From Octopus bimaculoides (taxonomy: Eukaryota), in NCBI RefSeq assembly GCF_001194135.2, contig NC_068982.1:97418994-97482993 (forward strand): a DNA stretch of 64,000 nt. The letters run 5' to 3'. The translations under genes were made by a program, and so were the position numbers. Under the pieces are notes generated by a model. That model was not told the DNA's origin, did not search any database, and saw only the letters and a list, made by a program, of their open reading frames with translations. This document shows positions 13,261 through 23,968 of this stretch, piece after piece. Position 1 is the first letter of the stretch. Each line of letters begins with the position of its first letter.

Positions 13261-13287
13261 AAAAAAAAACATTTATCTTTTAATACA

Positions 13288-13347
<60 letters not shown>

Positions 13348-14421
13348 GTGTGTGTGTGTGNNNNNNNNNNNNNNNNNNNNNNNNNNNNNNNNNNNNNNNN
13401 NNNNNNNNNNNNNNNNNNNNNNNNNNNNNNNNNNNNNNNNNNNNNNNNNNNNNNNNNNNNNNNNNNNNNNNNNNNNNNNNNNNNNNNNNNNNNNNNNNNN
13501 NNNNNNNNNNNNNNNNNNNNNNNNNNNNNNNNNNNNNNNNNNNNNNNNNNNNNNNNNNNNNNNNNNNNNNNNNNNNNNNNNNNNNNNNNNNNNNNNNNNN
13601 NNNNNNNNNNNNNNNNNNNNNNNNNNNNNNNNNNNNNNNNNNNNNNNNNNNNNNNNNNNNNNNNNNNNNNNNNNNNNNNNNNNNNNNNNNNNNNNNNNNN
13701 NNNNNNNNNNNNNNNNNNNNNNNNNNNNNNNNNNNNNNNNNNNNNNNNNNNNNNNNNNNNNNNNNNNNNNNNNNNNNNNNNNNNNNNNNNNNNNNNNNNN
13801 NNNNNNNNNNNNNNNNNNNNNNNNNNNNNNNNNNNNNNNNNNNNNNNNNNNNNNNNNNNNNNNNNNNNNNNNNNNNNNNNNNNNNNNNNNNNNNNNNNNN
13901 NNNNNNNNNNNNNNNNNNNNNNNNNNNNNNNNNNNNNNNNNNNNNNNNNNNNNNNNNNNNNNNNNNNNNNNNNNNNNNNNNNNNNNNNNNNNNNNNNNNN
14001 NNNNNNNNNNNNNNNNNNNNNNNNNNNNNNNNNNNNNNNNNNNNNNNNNNNNNNNNNNNNNNNNNNNNNNNNNNNNNNNNNNNNNNNNNNNNNNNNNNNN
14101 NNNNNNNNNNNNNNNNNNNNNNNNNNNNNNNNNNNNNNNNNNNNNNNNNNNNNNNNNNNNNNNNNNNNNNNNNNNNNNNNNNNNNNNNNNNNNNNNNNNN
14201 NNNNNNNNNNNNNNNNNNNNNNNNNNNNNNNNNNNNNNNNNNNNNNNNNNNNNNNNNNNNNNNNNNNNNNNNNNNNNNNNNNNNNNNNNNNNNNNNNNNN
14301 NNNNNNNNNNNNNNNNNNNNNNNNNNNNNATACATATATATATACATATATATACATATATATATATATATGTATGTATGTATATATATATATAAAGATA
14401 TATATGTATATATATATACAA

Positions 14422-14470
<49 letters not shown>

Positions 14471-14472
14471 CG

Positions 14473-14512
<40 letters not shown>

Positions 14513-15016
14513 ATGGTTACAAATATGTGTATAAAGTACGCTCGCATGAAAATGTTTATATGTACACGCATGTGCATACACGCATACACATTCATATACC
14601 TACGCGTATACTTACGCACTCATACATATATATACTAACAATTATACGTAACACATTTTTTCGTAAAGCTTTTTACACCTTTATACACATACATGTTACA
14701 CGTACATATACATATGCATACATATATAATCAAGAATTACATGTACGAAATAATACATACATACGTACATTTGCAAACCATAATTCTCTCACTCCTAATG
14801 AATATGGGTATCGATCAACTAAAGTCAAAACAATTTGATTGGTTAAATATTTTAAAATAGAAAGCGTTCCTGCATCATTGAATTAAATAGATCTAACAGA
14901 AAACAAAGATACTTTGTTTATAAAATTGAAAAGACTCTTATATCCCTGAAAATGATATTATTTAGGGGATAGTCGCTTGTGACATCAAAATAGTTTAAAA
15001 GGTAAAATTGAATTAA

Positions 15017-15250
15017 TATACCAATATTAGCAACAAAATAATATTCAGTCTGATGAAATGATTTCAAAACACATCTAATAACCTAACGGTATATCTTTTC
15101 TACCTCTCTGATGAGATTTTGCCTTATACACTGATTTAATTATTGTAATTTAATATTCAGGCAAAATTTAAACAGCTGTAAGAGAATATGTTGGATTTTT
15201 GCAGTTAATAAATTACATTAATGCTACATCTCCATTTTCTGAATTTTCTT
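15017..15250 (+). repeat. Second, inverted copy of the 12801-13038 segment
   Basis: Its reverse complement aligns by eye at roughly 85% identity (e.g. AAATTCAGAAAATGGAGATGTAGCATTAA, CATATTCTCTTACAGCTGTTT, GACTGAATATTATTTTGTTGCTAATATTGGTATA). Confidence 0.85.
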
Positions 15251-15584
15251 TATATATATACATATACTCTAAATGATTAATACGGAAGACAGAGTATGCT
15301 GGAAGCTTTATTTAGGACAACGATCGTCTTGGCTTACTTCTGTTTCCAGTAAACTCTGTTTTCTGTATTAATCATTTTGAATACACTCAACGTGCACCGA
15401 GGAATTTCTTCTGTGCATCCAGCAATTAAAGTGCATTACCCCGGTTAACTCCTGGTAGTTGCAAGCAGTGAATGTGCTTTGCAGGTACACTACAAGAGAC
15501 ATTTCCATAAGAAGGTTTGGATACCACATCGTAAATTCTCCTACCTAAACTTTAATTTTAAATACAGCTTATATAAAATATATA

Positions 15585-16109
15585 TTAAGTGATTGAAAAG
15601 TAACTCCCTAATTTAAAATATTTATAAATTATTTATTAATTGTAATTTTTACAAAAAAATGGATATTAGAGGAAAGCCTTTTTTCTTTGTCACGAGACCA
15701 GTTTTATCTAAAATTCGACATGGGCTTCAGAAATCGCCACCAGCTTCTTGAGTCGCCCAAGAATTGCGTCAAATGATTTCACCAGGAATTCTTGTGGGGT
15801 GGAAGATATAGCTTCTCGTATTCGACCGTCAAGTTCTTCCAAAATCTTTGGTTTGGTACAGTAGACTCTTGCCTTTAACCAACCCCACAGAAAGAAGTCA
15901 CAGGGTGTTAAGTCGGTATTCCTGGTTGACCACTCATGCGAACCACGGCGACACATCCATCTCCCGGGGAAATTGGTATTCAGCCATTACAAATTACAGA
16001 CTAAATTCTCATACTACAGAAAACGAAAAAAAAAAAATGTGAGAAAAAAATTAGAATTAAAAAATAATTTATAAGTATTTTAAAATAGGGAGTTACTTTT
16101 CAATCACCC

Positions 16110-16111
<2 letters not shown>
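15585..16111 (-). mobile_element. Tc1/mariner-superfamily (DD37D maT-like) internal-deletion derivative with ~50-bp TIRs
   Basis: The TIR pair is GTGATTGAAAAGTAACTCCCTA(A/T)TTTAAAATA.TTATAAATTATT at both ends, and the right end is CACCCTG|TA. The minus strand encodes EWSTRNTDLTPCDFFLWGWLKARVY (WPxRSPDLTPxDFFLWG motif). Confidence 0.88.
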
Positions 16112-16172
<61 letters not shown>

Positions 16173-16496
16173 NNNNNNNNNNNNNNNNNNNNNNNNNNNN
16201 NNNNNNNNNNNNNNNNNNNNNNNNNNNNNNNNNNNNNNNNNNNNNNNNNNNNNNNNNNNNNNNNNNNNNNNNNNNNNNNNNNNNNNNNNNNNNNNNNNNN
16301 NNNNNNNNNNNNNNNNNNNNNNNNNNNNNNNNNNNNNNNNNNNNNNNNNNNNNNNNNNNNNNNNNNNNNNNNNNNNNNNNNNNNNNNNNNNNNNNNNNNN
16401 NNNNNNNNNNNNNNNNNNNNNNNNNNNNNNNNNNNNNNNNNNNNNNNNNNNNNNNNNNNNNNNNNNNNNNNNNNNNNNNNNNNNNNNNNNNNNNNN

Positions 16497-16533
<37 letters not shown>

Positions 16534-16541
16534 TGATGTAT

Positions 16542-16573
<32 letters not shown>

Positions 16574-17588
16574 AGAAATATTCTAGAAAAGGAAAAAAGA
16601 ACTTATCAAACTGTAATTTCATACATCGTTTCCTTTCGAAATGGAACTTATTAAATAGAACGTAACTTCTTATATGTCACATCAATTTCAATTTTTAAAA
16701 ATTTACAAGCCCTTAATCAATTTATTGGTTAAATTCCTTTAGACATACCTTATAACTTTTCCTAACTGAAATTTTCCAGAAAACTTAATTGGAGAATTTT
16801 TTTGCTCGAAATTATCTTCACGGTGAAAGGTCTCTCACGTCTGAGTGTACAAAAACGTATCAAATATGATTGCACATGCATATATTTTATTCAAGAGTGG
16901 CTTGCGCGTATCTACTCCCCCCCCCCCACACACAAACGCACATACACAAACATATGTATATATATTCTTACACTCAATTCACACTCATTATAACCGCAAA
17001 CACATATATATAACATACATGTGTGTACGTGTGAGTGAGTGTGCGCATGTGTGTGTGCGCATGTGTGTGCGCGCGATGTATCTGTCTCTCACCGTTTGAC
17101 AACTGTTGTAGGTTTTCTCTTTTTCACGAGACCAGTTTAAGAAGAATCAGATTTAATGCAGTCAATTCGATTTGTTTGAATGAAAATACCTTCAAGTCGG
17201 TACCCCAGCATGGCCACAATCCAGCGACTGAAATATGTGAAAGAATAAAAGAAATATTCGATTACTCAATGCATTAGGTGTTGTTTATATTAGTTAGGAG
17301 TCAGTTGATGATTCATTCTGCAACTAGTCACAGATTCATGTCAACTACGTTCAATGAGGCAACATCGACATTTGTCTAAACGCTGTCTGATTGAATGTAC
17401 GCTGCGTGAAACTGGGCAGCAAAGAAGTGAGTCATCAGCTAACGCACGCGCGCACACACACATGCATGCGTACATACATACATACATACATACATGCATA
17501 CATACATACATACACATACCTACCTACCTACCTACCTACCTACCTACCTACATACATACATACTTATATACATACCTATATACTGTAC

Positions 17589-17670
<82 letters not shown>

Positions 17671-17798
17671 AATCATGTTTGATTTTTATTTGAAGTTAAA
17701 TATGCAACAATTTGATATTAAACTGAAGGATCATTCACTGCTGTATTGTGGACAACATAGTTATTCAATTTTTGAAGAAAAAACTTCACAGTATCGTC

Positions 17799-17855
17799 GA
17801 AGTTTCGGCTTGCTCGCCGTCATTAGACTGATAACGATGAACGGGCCGAAACTTC
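17799..17855. repeat. 57-bp palindrome whose arms resemble hammerhead cores (CTGATGA-N-GGC...GCC-GAAAC)
   Basis: GAAGTTTCGGC...GCCGAAACTTC is centred on A17827, with 3 mismatches and 4 G-T pairs. The plus arm has CTGATAA and the minus arm CTAATGA, so each core carries one substitution. Confidence 0.6.
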
Positions 17856-17902
17856 AAAAGTAGTGCCATTTCCTAGAAATTTTTAAAATCTATCTATCTT
17901 AA

Positions 17903-17946
<44 letters not shown>

Positions 17947-18164
17947 AAAAGTATTCTAAAATATGGATTCAGAGAATCATGTACCCATCAAAGTAAGTTT
18001 GTTCTTCACACCCACACATACAAGCATACACACACACATACCTATACACGTGTATACTGTCCGTATGGGAAGTATGAATATCGCATCAGACAACCGACTG
18101 TTTCCACTTTTAGATACTGAAGTTCTGTGCTAAATACAAATACCTGCATAAGAGACCTCAATAA

Positions 18165-18238
<74 letters not shown>

Positions 18239-18929
18239 GTCTGTCTGTCTGTCTGTCTGTAATGTACTTAATGTCACCGAAAACAGGGAGTAGAAAATCT
18301 ATGACGTGCATACGTATTATTTCGACACTTGTTTGCTGTAATATACACTTCAATAGGGCATATCAATGAATGATACACACTTCCGATCACAGAAGGTAAC
18401 ATACGTGACTCTACTTAACGCAGCAGTGCGTTGGATAAATAAATAGTTATACGTTTATGACATACACACATAAACACACGCACATTCAATTCCACATAAT
18501 AAAATGGCGGGCTTTTGTGATGAAGTCTTGCAATGTTTCAGTGATTAGCGATTTATAGATCAATGAAAATGTTTCGTTATTATAAGACGTAGAAAACTGC
18601 AACATCGAATACTGTAACATGCAGAACATTAAAAAGAAACCTTGTTATTTTTTCTGCTTATTTTTATCTGCTTGTATATTGAATTCGTAGAACACGCATA
18701 AAATACATATATTTTTTAGCACAAGTATCTCATTCTCAAATGTAAATGCTGTAACTGTATCCACATGTATTTATGTATCTCAGCCTCTTCCTTTTCTCTT
18801 TTGTTTTCCTTTATATTCTCCCCACACCATACACACATCAAATTTTTACCTGCATAAGTATTCGTATTTACAAAGTTAGTAGTGACTCTTGCCATATCTG
18901 ACCTGCGACGTTTTTATTAAATGTTCTGC

Positions 18930-19334
18930 ATTTGACATTGGTTTTATACCAGGAACCCTAATTACAGTTTGAGGAAGACCCCTATTATTTGACTGGCACT
19001 ATATTTTACCGACTCTGAAAAGGTGAAAGTCAAAGGTGAACTCAGTGCGTAAAAATCCGGAAGAAATTCAGCCAAGCGTTTTGTCCGACGCGCTAACGTG
19101 TCTGCCTACTTGCCGATTTTATAATAATTCTTTTTCTAATGCTAGCAATTTGAGGCGAGGGTGATAATCAATTGCATCGATTCTAGTATTTAACAGGTAC
19201 TTATCTTACCGACTCCGAAAGGATGACAAGCAAATTCGACCTCGGTAGCATTTGAATTCAGAACGTGAAAGGCTGGAAGAAATTCTCCTAAGCATTTCTT
19301 CAGGCGTATTAACGATTTTGGCAGCTCGCCCCCT
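18930..19334 (-). mobile_element. Two head-to-tail degenerate copies of tRNA-derived SINE family A
   Basis: Both match the better copy at 40639-40853 (GGTACTTA...ACCGACTCCGAAAGGATGA...TCGACCTCGG...TTTGAATTCAGAACGT). Confidence 0.8.
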
Positions 19335-20514
19335 TACGAAGGTATTCCACGCTTAAGCAGGAACAAATGTGTAATGTTCCTGTCTTTCTCAAAGAAACTT
19401 GCAACGCAAGTGGCATAAACTAGATCGTGAACTTAAATTAGGAACTTAATTCACCTCTACTGTGCATGCTCATTCTTATGATTACTGATGTTTAAATTAG
19501 GTGTAGGACCAATTTTTGTAAAAGAGGGGAATCATTGATTGAATTTACTGCTGTAACGTATTTTCTTGATTCCAGAGGGATGAAAACCAAAGTTAACTTC
19601 GGCGTTACTCGAGCTCAGAACAGAGAGTAACGTAATTAATTATTGTAATGTATTATATATCCTATCTTAGTAACCGCAGTCGCTCTGATATTAGTAAAAA
19701 TATTTCACTTCTTTTCGTTAAGAATCTAGGAAGGTGTTAGCTTATTGATTTGATTTCAGTAAAGGCATTTTGAGAATACCGAAAAACCGATGCACCAATT
19801 AATGGAGACTCTTCCCGTCATAAATGCAGTGAAGCAGTGATTGGCTCGTTGGTAGCCTGTAACCAATGGCGTTATTGCTTATCAATTACGACGGAGACTA
19901 AATGAATAAATGAATAAATGAATAAATAAATAAAACCTCGTACTTATTTTATGGACTAACAAAGGATGAAAGTCTCAGTCAACATCAACGGGATTTGACG
20001 AACTCAATTAAATATTACAAAGACAATTCTCCATTCTTTAAATTCTATAAACACAGATTTCCTTCGTAACTCGTTATCGGATTTCAACTATATATCTTTA
20101 ACAATAATGGCAGTTTCTTTTGATCAATGATATGTGTGTGTATATGTGAGTGTGTATGTGTATGTGTGTGTGTGTGTGTGTGTGTAAGTGTATGTGTGTG
20201 TATAAGGAGTGTATAATTGAGTTACCACCAATATATTACTGGTACTTACTTTTATCTTCTCCCAAGGGATGTAAGTTATAACTCCCACTGGCGACATTCG
20301 AACTCAGAGCAAAGAACAAAGCACCGCACTAAATAATGTTAGGTGTGTTGTATAACATACACACACACATACAAACATATATACACACATATATACACAC
20401 ATATATATATACACACATACACGCACACACGCATACGCGCGCGCATACACACAGAGGCAATCTCAGCTGCTCCATCAGCAATTTCTACATTATCAATGCT
20501 GTTAGTACCCATTC

Positions 20515-20516
20515 TT

Positions 20517-20565
<49 letters not shown>

Positions 20566-20600
20566 CACCACCACCACCATCACCACCACCACCATCACTA
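20515..20600. repeat. Compound (CTA)n(CCA)n trinucleotide repeat
   Basis: Direct reading; it explains the poly-Thr/Leu/Pro ORFs here. Confidence 0.95.
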
Positions 20601-20980
20601 CTCTTGCATTAGTAATCTTAAGTCGTACTGTCTCAACTTAAATGTCTTTATTATGCTTACACATTCGGATTACAGCAGCTGCGGCTGGAGAAGTACTTAT
20701 TAACATCCACACCTCCACTACCACAACCATGACCACCACTACCACCAATAGCCACAACAATAAGATTACCGGTAGCCGTAACAGCAACAACACTAACGTC
20801 ACCAAAACCAATATTTACGACAACAAATACAAGGACAACGGTATGAGCTGTAATGATGGGAACACTAAAGGGATAACCCTGTCTACACGCTTTGACCAAC
20901 TATTGCAGCTCATTCAACATAGAATACGCCAATGGCCTTATGTATTGGTAAGTGTTTCCTTAATATTACACGAAGCCTTT

Positions 20981-21183
20981 AAGGCGGCGATTTGGCAGAA
21001 TCATTAGCATACCGGGCTAAATGCTTAGCGACATTTCGTCCATCATTACGTTTTGAGTTCAAATTCCGTCGAGGTTGGTTTTGCTTTTCAGAGTCGATGA
21101 AATAAGTGCCAGGGATGGGGACGATGTAATTGACTTACCCTCTTCTGAACCTGCTGGTCTTGTGCCAAAATTTGGAGCCAATA
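20981..21183 (+). mobile_element. SINE family A copy, sense orientation
   Basis: AAGGCGGCGATTTGGCAGAATC (A-box-like) and GAGTTCAAATTCC (B-box-like); it is the reverse complement of the other family A copies. Confidence 0.85.
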
Positions 21184-21397
21184 TTAGATTGGAAATCTTA
21201 AGAGAAGCGATGATTAACAGAACGATTGAGTACTGGGCAGTATATTTTCAGGTATCACAGTTACGTCCCTTTAAGTTCCACGTGTAAATTGCATTGCTGT
21301 ACGAAATGAGTCTTAAATAAACATATTAACTCACACACACATAACACATCGAACTGTTGTGGTATCAATACTGTGCTAATGGCTATATCATTAACGA

Positions 21398-22018
21398 TTG
21401 TTTCTAATTTAGGTATACGGCCAGCAGTTTTGAAAGAGCGGTTATTTGATACTATCGAGTTCAGCACTTAACTGGTGATTTTATCTTATCGATTACAAAG
21501 GGTAAAAGGCAGTACTGCTCTTGGCGAGATTTGAACCCAGAATGTAAGGAGTCGGAAGAAGAATTACCGCAAAGCATTTTTTTTCAGACGCTCTAATGAT
21601 TCTGCTAGCTCACCGCTTTGTTCATATCAATAATAATTGTTTCCGGTTTAGGCACAGGCCAAGCAATTTTGAGGGGAAGGGGCGAGTCTACACCCTCGAC
21701 CTCAGCACTAGTTTTGTACTTTACAAGACACCGGAAGGATGTAAGGCAAAGTTGATCTCGGTAGGAACTGAACTCGAATCGTAAAGAGCTGGAATGAAAT
21801 GCCAGCGAACCGCCTCGATTAATATCATTAATAATTCTTTCTAATTTTGGCTCTTAGCCAGCAATTTTGAGGGAAAGGCAAGTCGATTATATCAACCCCG
21901 ATTGTATCGAACCAGAAAGGATAACAGACAGTGAGATTTAACCTCAGAACGTAAAGAGCCGAAAGATATGCAACTAAGCATTTAGTCAAGTTAACGACTC
22001 TGCGACTCTGCAGTTCAC
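21398..22018 (-). mobile_element. Three tandem head-to-tail SINE family A copies (21398-21619, 21637-21815, 21835-22018)
   Basis: Each starts TT(G/C)TTTC after a short AAT spacer and contains the CAGCAATTTTGA...AAGG...GAACTC(A)GAA motifs. Confidence 0.8.
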
Positions 22019-22025
22019 CATCCTG

Positions 22026-22665
22026 GGATCTTTTTGGTTTGACGGGCAACATTTTTCATTAATGTTTTATGTAGTGTTTTTGGTACCGAAACACTTTCAA
22101 ACCTCGTATACTTGTATATTTTGTATTATAGAACAGATAAAAAAATTTTTATTCGAAGTTAATTGATGTAAAAAGTTGTCGTATTTCGGTAATTTCAACC
22201 AATCACTGACGTCTATTGAGGTGAAAACAATTAATGGCGTAGAATGTAAACAACGGTGTCATGGGATCTTTTCCCTTGAATAAAATTAGTGCCGTTGCTT
22301 GTCAACAACAACTACCCGTGTTACTCTTATTTATGACATCGTTCGTGCGTTTGTACTGGTTTTAGCTTTAGGGTTTTAGGGTTAGGGTTCGGGTTTTAGA
22401 GTTAGGGTTAGTTTTAGGATTACGGTTAGGTTTATGATTATTGTTTATAAAAAGAGCACTAACTGTATTCAGCTGAATAGACGTCAGTGATTGGTTGAAA
22501 TTACAGAAATACGACAACTTTAACATGAAATAACTTATTAAGAACTAATTTTTGTTAAGAAGGCTAAGAGAAAAAGATGTTTTATATGACACATTCTACC
22601 AGTATCCCAAGTTTGAAAGTGTTTCGTTAAGAAAACAAGTGTTGCCCGACAAACCAAAAAGATCC
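22026..22665. mobile_element. Non-autonomous DNA transposon (MITE), Merlin-type, with exact 8-bp TSD
   Basis: TIRs are GGATCTTTTTGGTTTGACGGGCAACA / TGTTGCCCGACAAACCAAAAAGATCC. TSD CCATCCTG lies at 22018-22025 and 22666-22673. There are nested inner inverted repeats (22173-22217 / 22476-22520) and a central TTAGGG-like tract (22361-22430). GG termini plus an 8-bp TSD are Merlin/IS1016 hallmarks. Confidence 0.85.
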
Positions 22666-22689
22666 CCATCCTGATTATATCATAAATAA

Positions 22690-22901
22690 TCCTTTCTACT
22701 AAAGGTTCAAGGCCTGAAATTTTGATGAAGAGGGCTTGTCGGTTACATCGACACCAGTATTCAACTGGTACTTATTTTAACGCCCCGATAGGATGAAAGA
22801 CAAAGTCAATCTCGGTGGGATTTGAACTAAGAACATGAGGACGGACGAATACTGCTAAGTATTTCGGCCGGCGTGCTAACAATTTTGCGAGGTCACCGCT
22901 T
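22690..22901 (-). mobile_element. SINE family A copy
   Basis: TCCTTTCTACTAAAGG...AACTGGTACTTATTTT...GGATGAAAGACAAAGTC...GATTTGAACT...GTGCTAAC; aligns along its whole length with 40639-40853. Confidence 0.9.
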
Positions 22902-23212
22902 TTTATATCATAAATATTAAAATGAAGAACGAAAAAAAAAAAAATCCGCACTTGGAATCTAAATCGCGTTTGAGAATTATTAGGTTGCCAGTGTCTCAGG
23001 GAAATGAATGAATGTCACATCATCTTTTGTTGTCTCATGTACTTTCCAGGTAAGAAATCAACGCAGGGAATTTCACTCGGTCTGCTTGAAATAGCAACCA
23101 CATCGCCTTGGAACCCTACTCCATTGTCTACAAAAATCGACAAGCTGGATAATGTGGACTTGGGTTCCATGAAGATAAGAAAAAACGGGATGGTCATGAC
23201 TGGAATATTGTT

Positions 23213-23431
23213 TACATTATTAATATTTGACGGATATTTGTCCTCATCTTGTTTGTTGTTAACACAACGTTTCGGCTGATATACCTTCCATCGAAAAATA
23301 CCTTAAGAATGAGAACCCAGGATCGAAATTTCCCAAATACACCTGATAAAGGCTGGAGGGTATATCAGCCGAAACGTTGTGTTAACAACAAACAAGATGA
23401 GGACAAACATCCGTCAAATGTAAATAATGTA
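23213..23431. repeat. Foldback element: 78-bp inverted arms (23213-23290 / 23354-23431), 63-bp spacer; Penelope-terminus-like
   Basis: The arms are reverse complements with about 4 mismatches, e.g. GTCCTCATCTTGTTTGTTGTTAACACAACGTTTCGGCTGATATACC vs GGTATATCAGCCGAAACGTTGTGTTAACAACAAACAAGATGAGGAC. Confidence 0.93.
23339..23382 (+). ncRNA. Minimal type-I hammerhead-ribozyme-like motif (G8A variant, probably inactive)
   Basis: ACAC-CTGATAA-A-GGCTG-GAGGGTATAT-CAGCC-GAAA-CGTT-GTGT. Stem I is ACAC/GTGT, stem II is GGCTG/CAGCC, helix III is the palindrome ACGT, and the predicted cut follows GUU (23378). Confidence 0.55.
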
Positions 23432-23933
23432 CATAATTCCTCATCCCTTAAATATAGAACTATATGACTGGAATATTTTCGGTTATAGGTATGTTCGATC
23501 AGGGTTGATTAAGCATCGCCGCCGCCACCGTTTATTTCCCAATTTTTTTTTCAAACACAGACAGACAGATAGACATACACACGCGCGCGCGCACGCACAC
23601 ACAACAAATGGTAGTTTCACACAAGTACGAAACGTAATTAAACAAAATTAAATAGTAAATAGCGATAGCTAAATTGAGATAATGATTTATCAAAGCTGAG
23701 TGTATGTGATTCCCTAATCATTGTCACTAATCATTGTCCTTTGTTCCCGGTGTTCGGGTGACTGGTGATATAATATTTAAAGCTTCTTACCTGGATTCTT
23801 TTACTCGGATACAACCGAAAACAAATTGAAAAGAATTATAAGTTCTACATCCGGGCATATATCAATTTATAAAAGTACAGGAGTTTAACAAGAAAATTTG
23901 CATTAACCTATTTACATGCAGAAACACACACAA

Positions 23934-23968
<35 letters not shown>

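Noticed and set aside
13095-14838. Very long ORFs (350-500 aa) here and at 26137-27378, 48154-48820, 61372-62227 and 63586-63957
   Set aside because: They consist of N-runs and TA/CA/TG repeats that lack stop codons; no coding signal.
19815-19894. Loose palindrome with ATTGG/CCAAT motifs
   Set aside because: The arms are short and poorly matched, with no TSD; it cannot be distinguished from a decayed repeat or chance.
23004-23279. ORF with a strong CAG|GTAAGA site next to the foldback element
   Set aside because: The peptide is unrecognised, the site could be read as donor or acceptor, and part of the ORF runs into the repeat arm.
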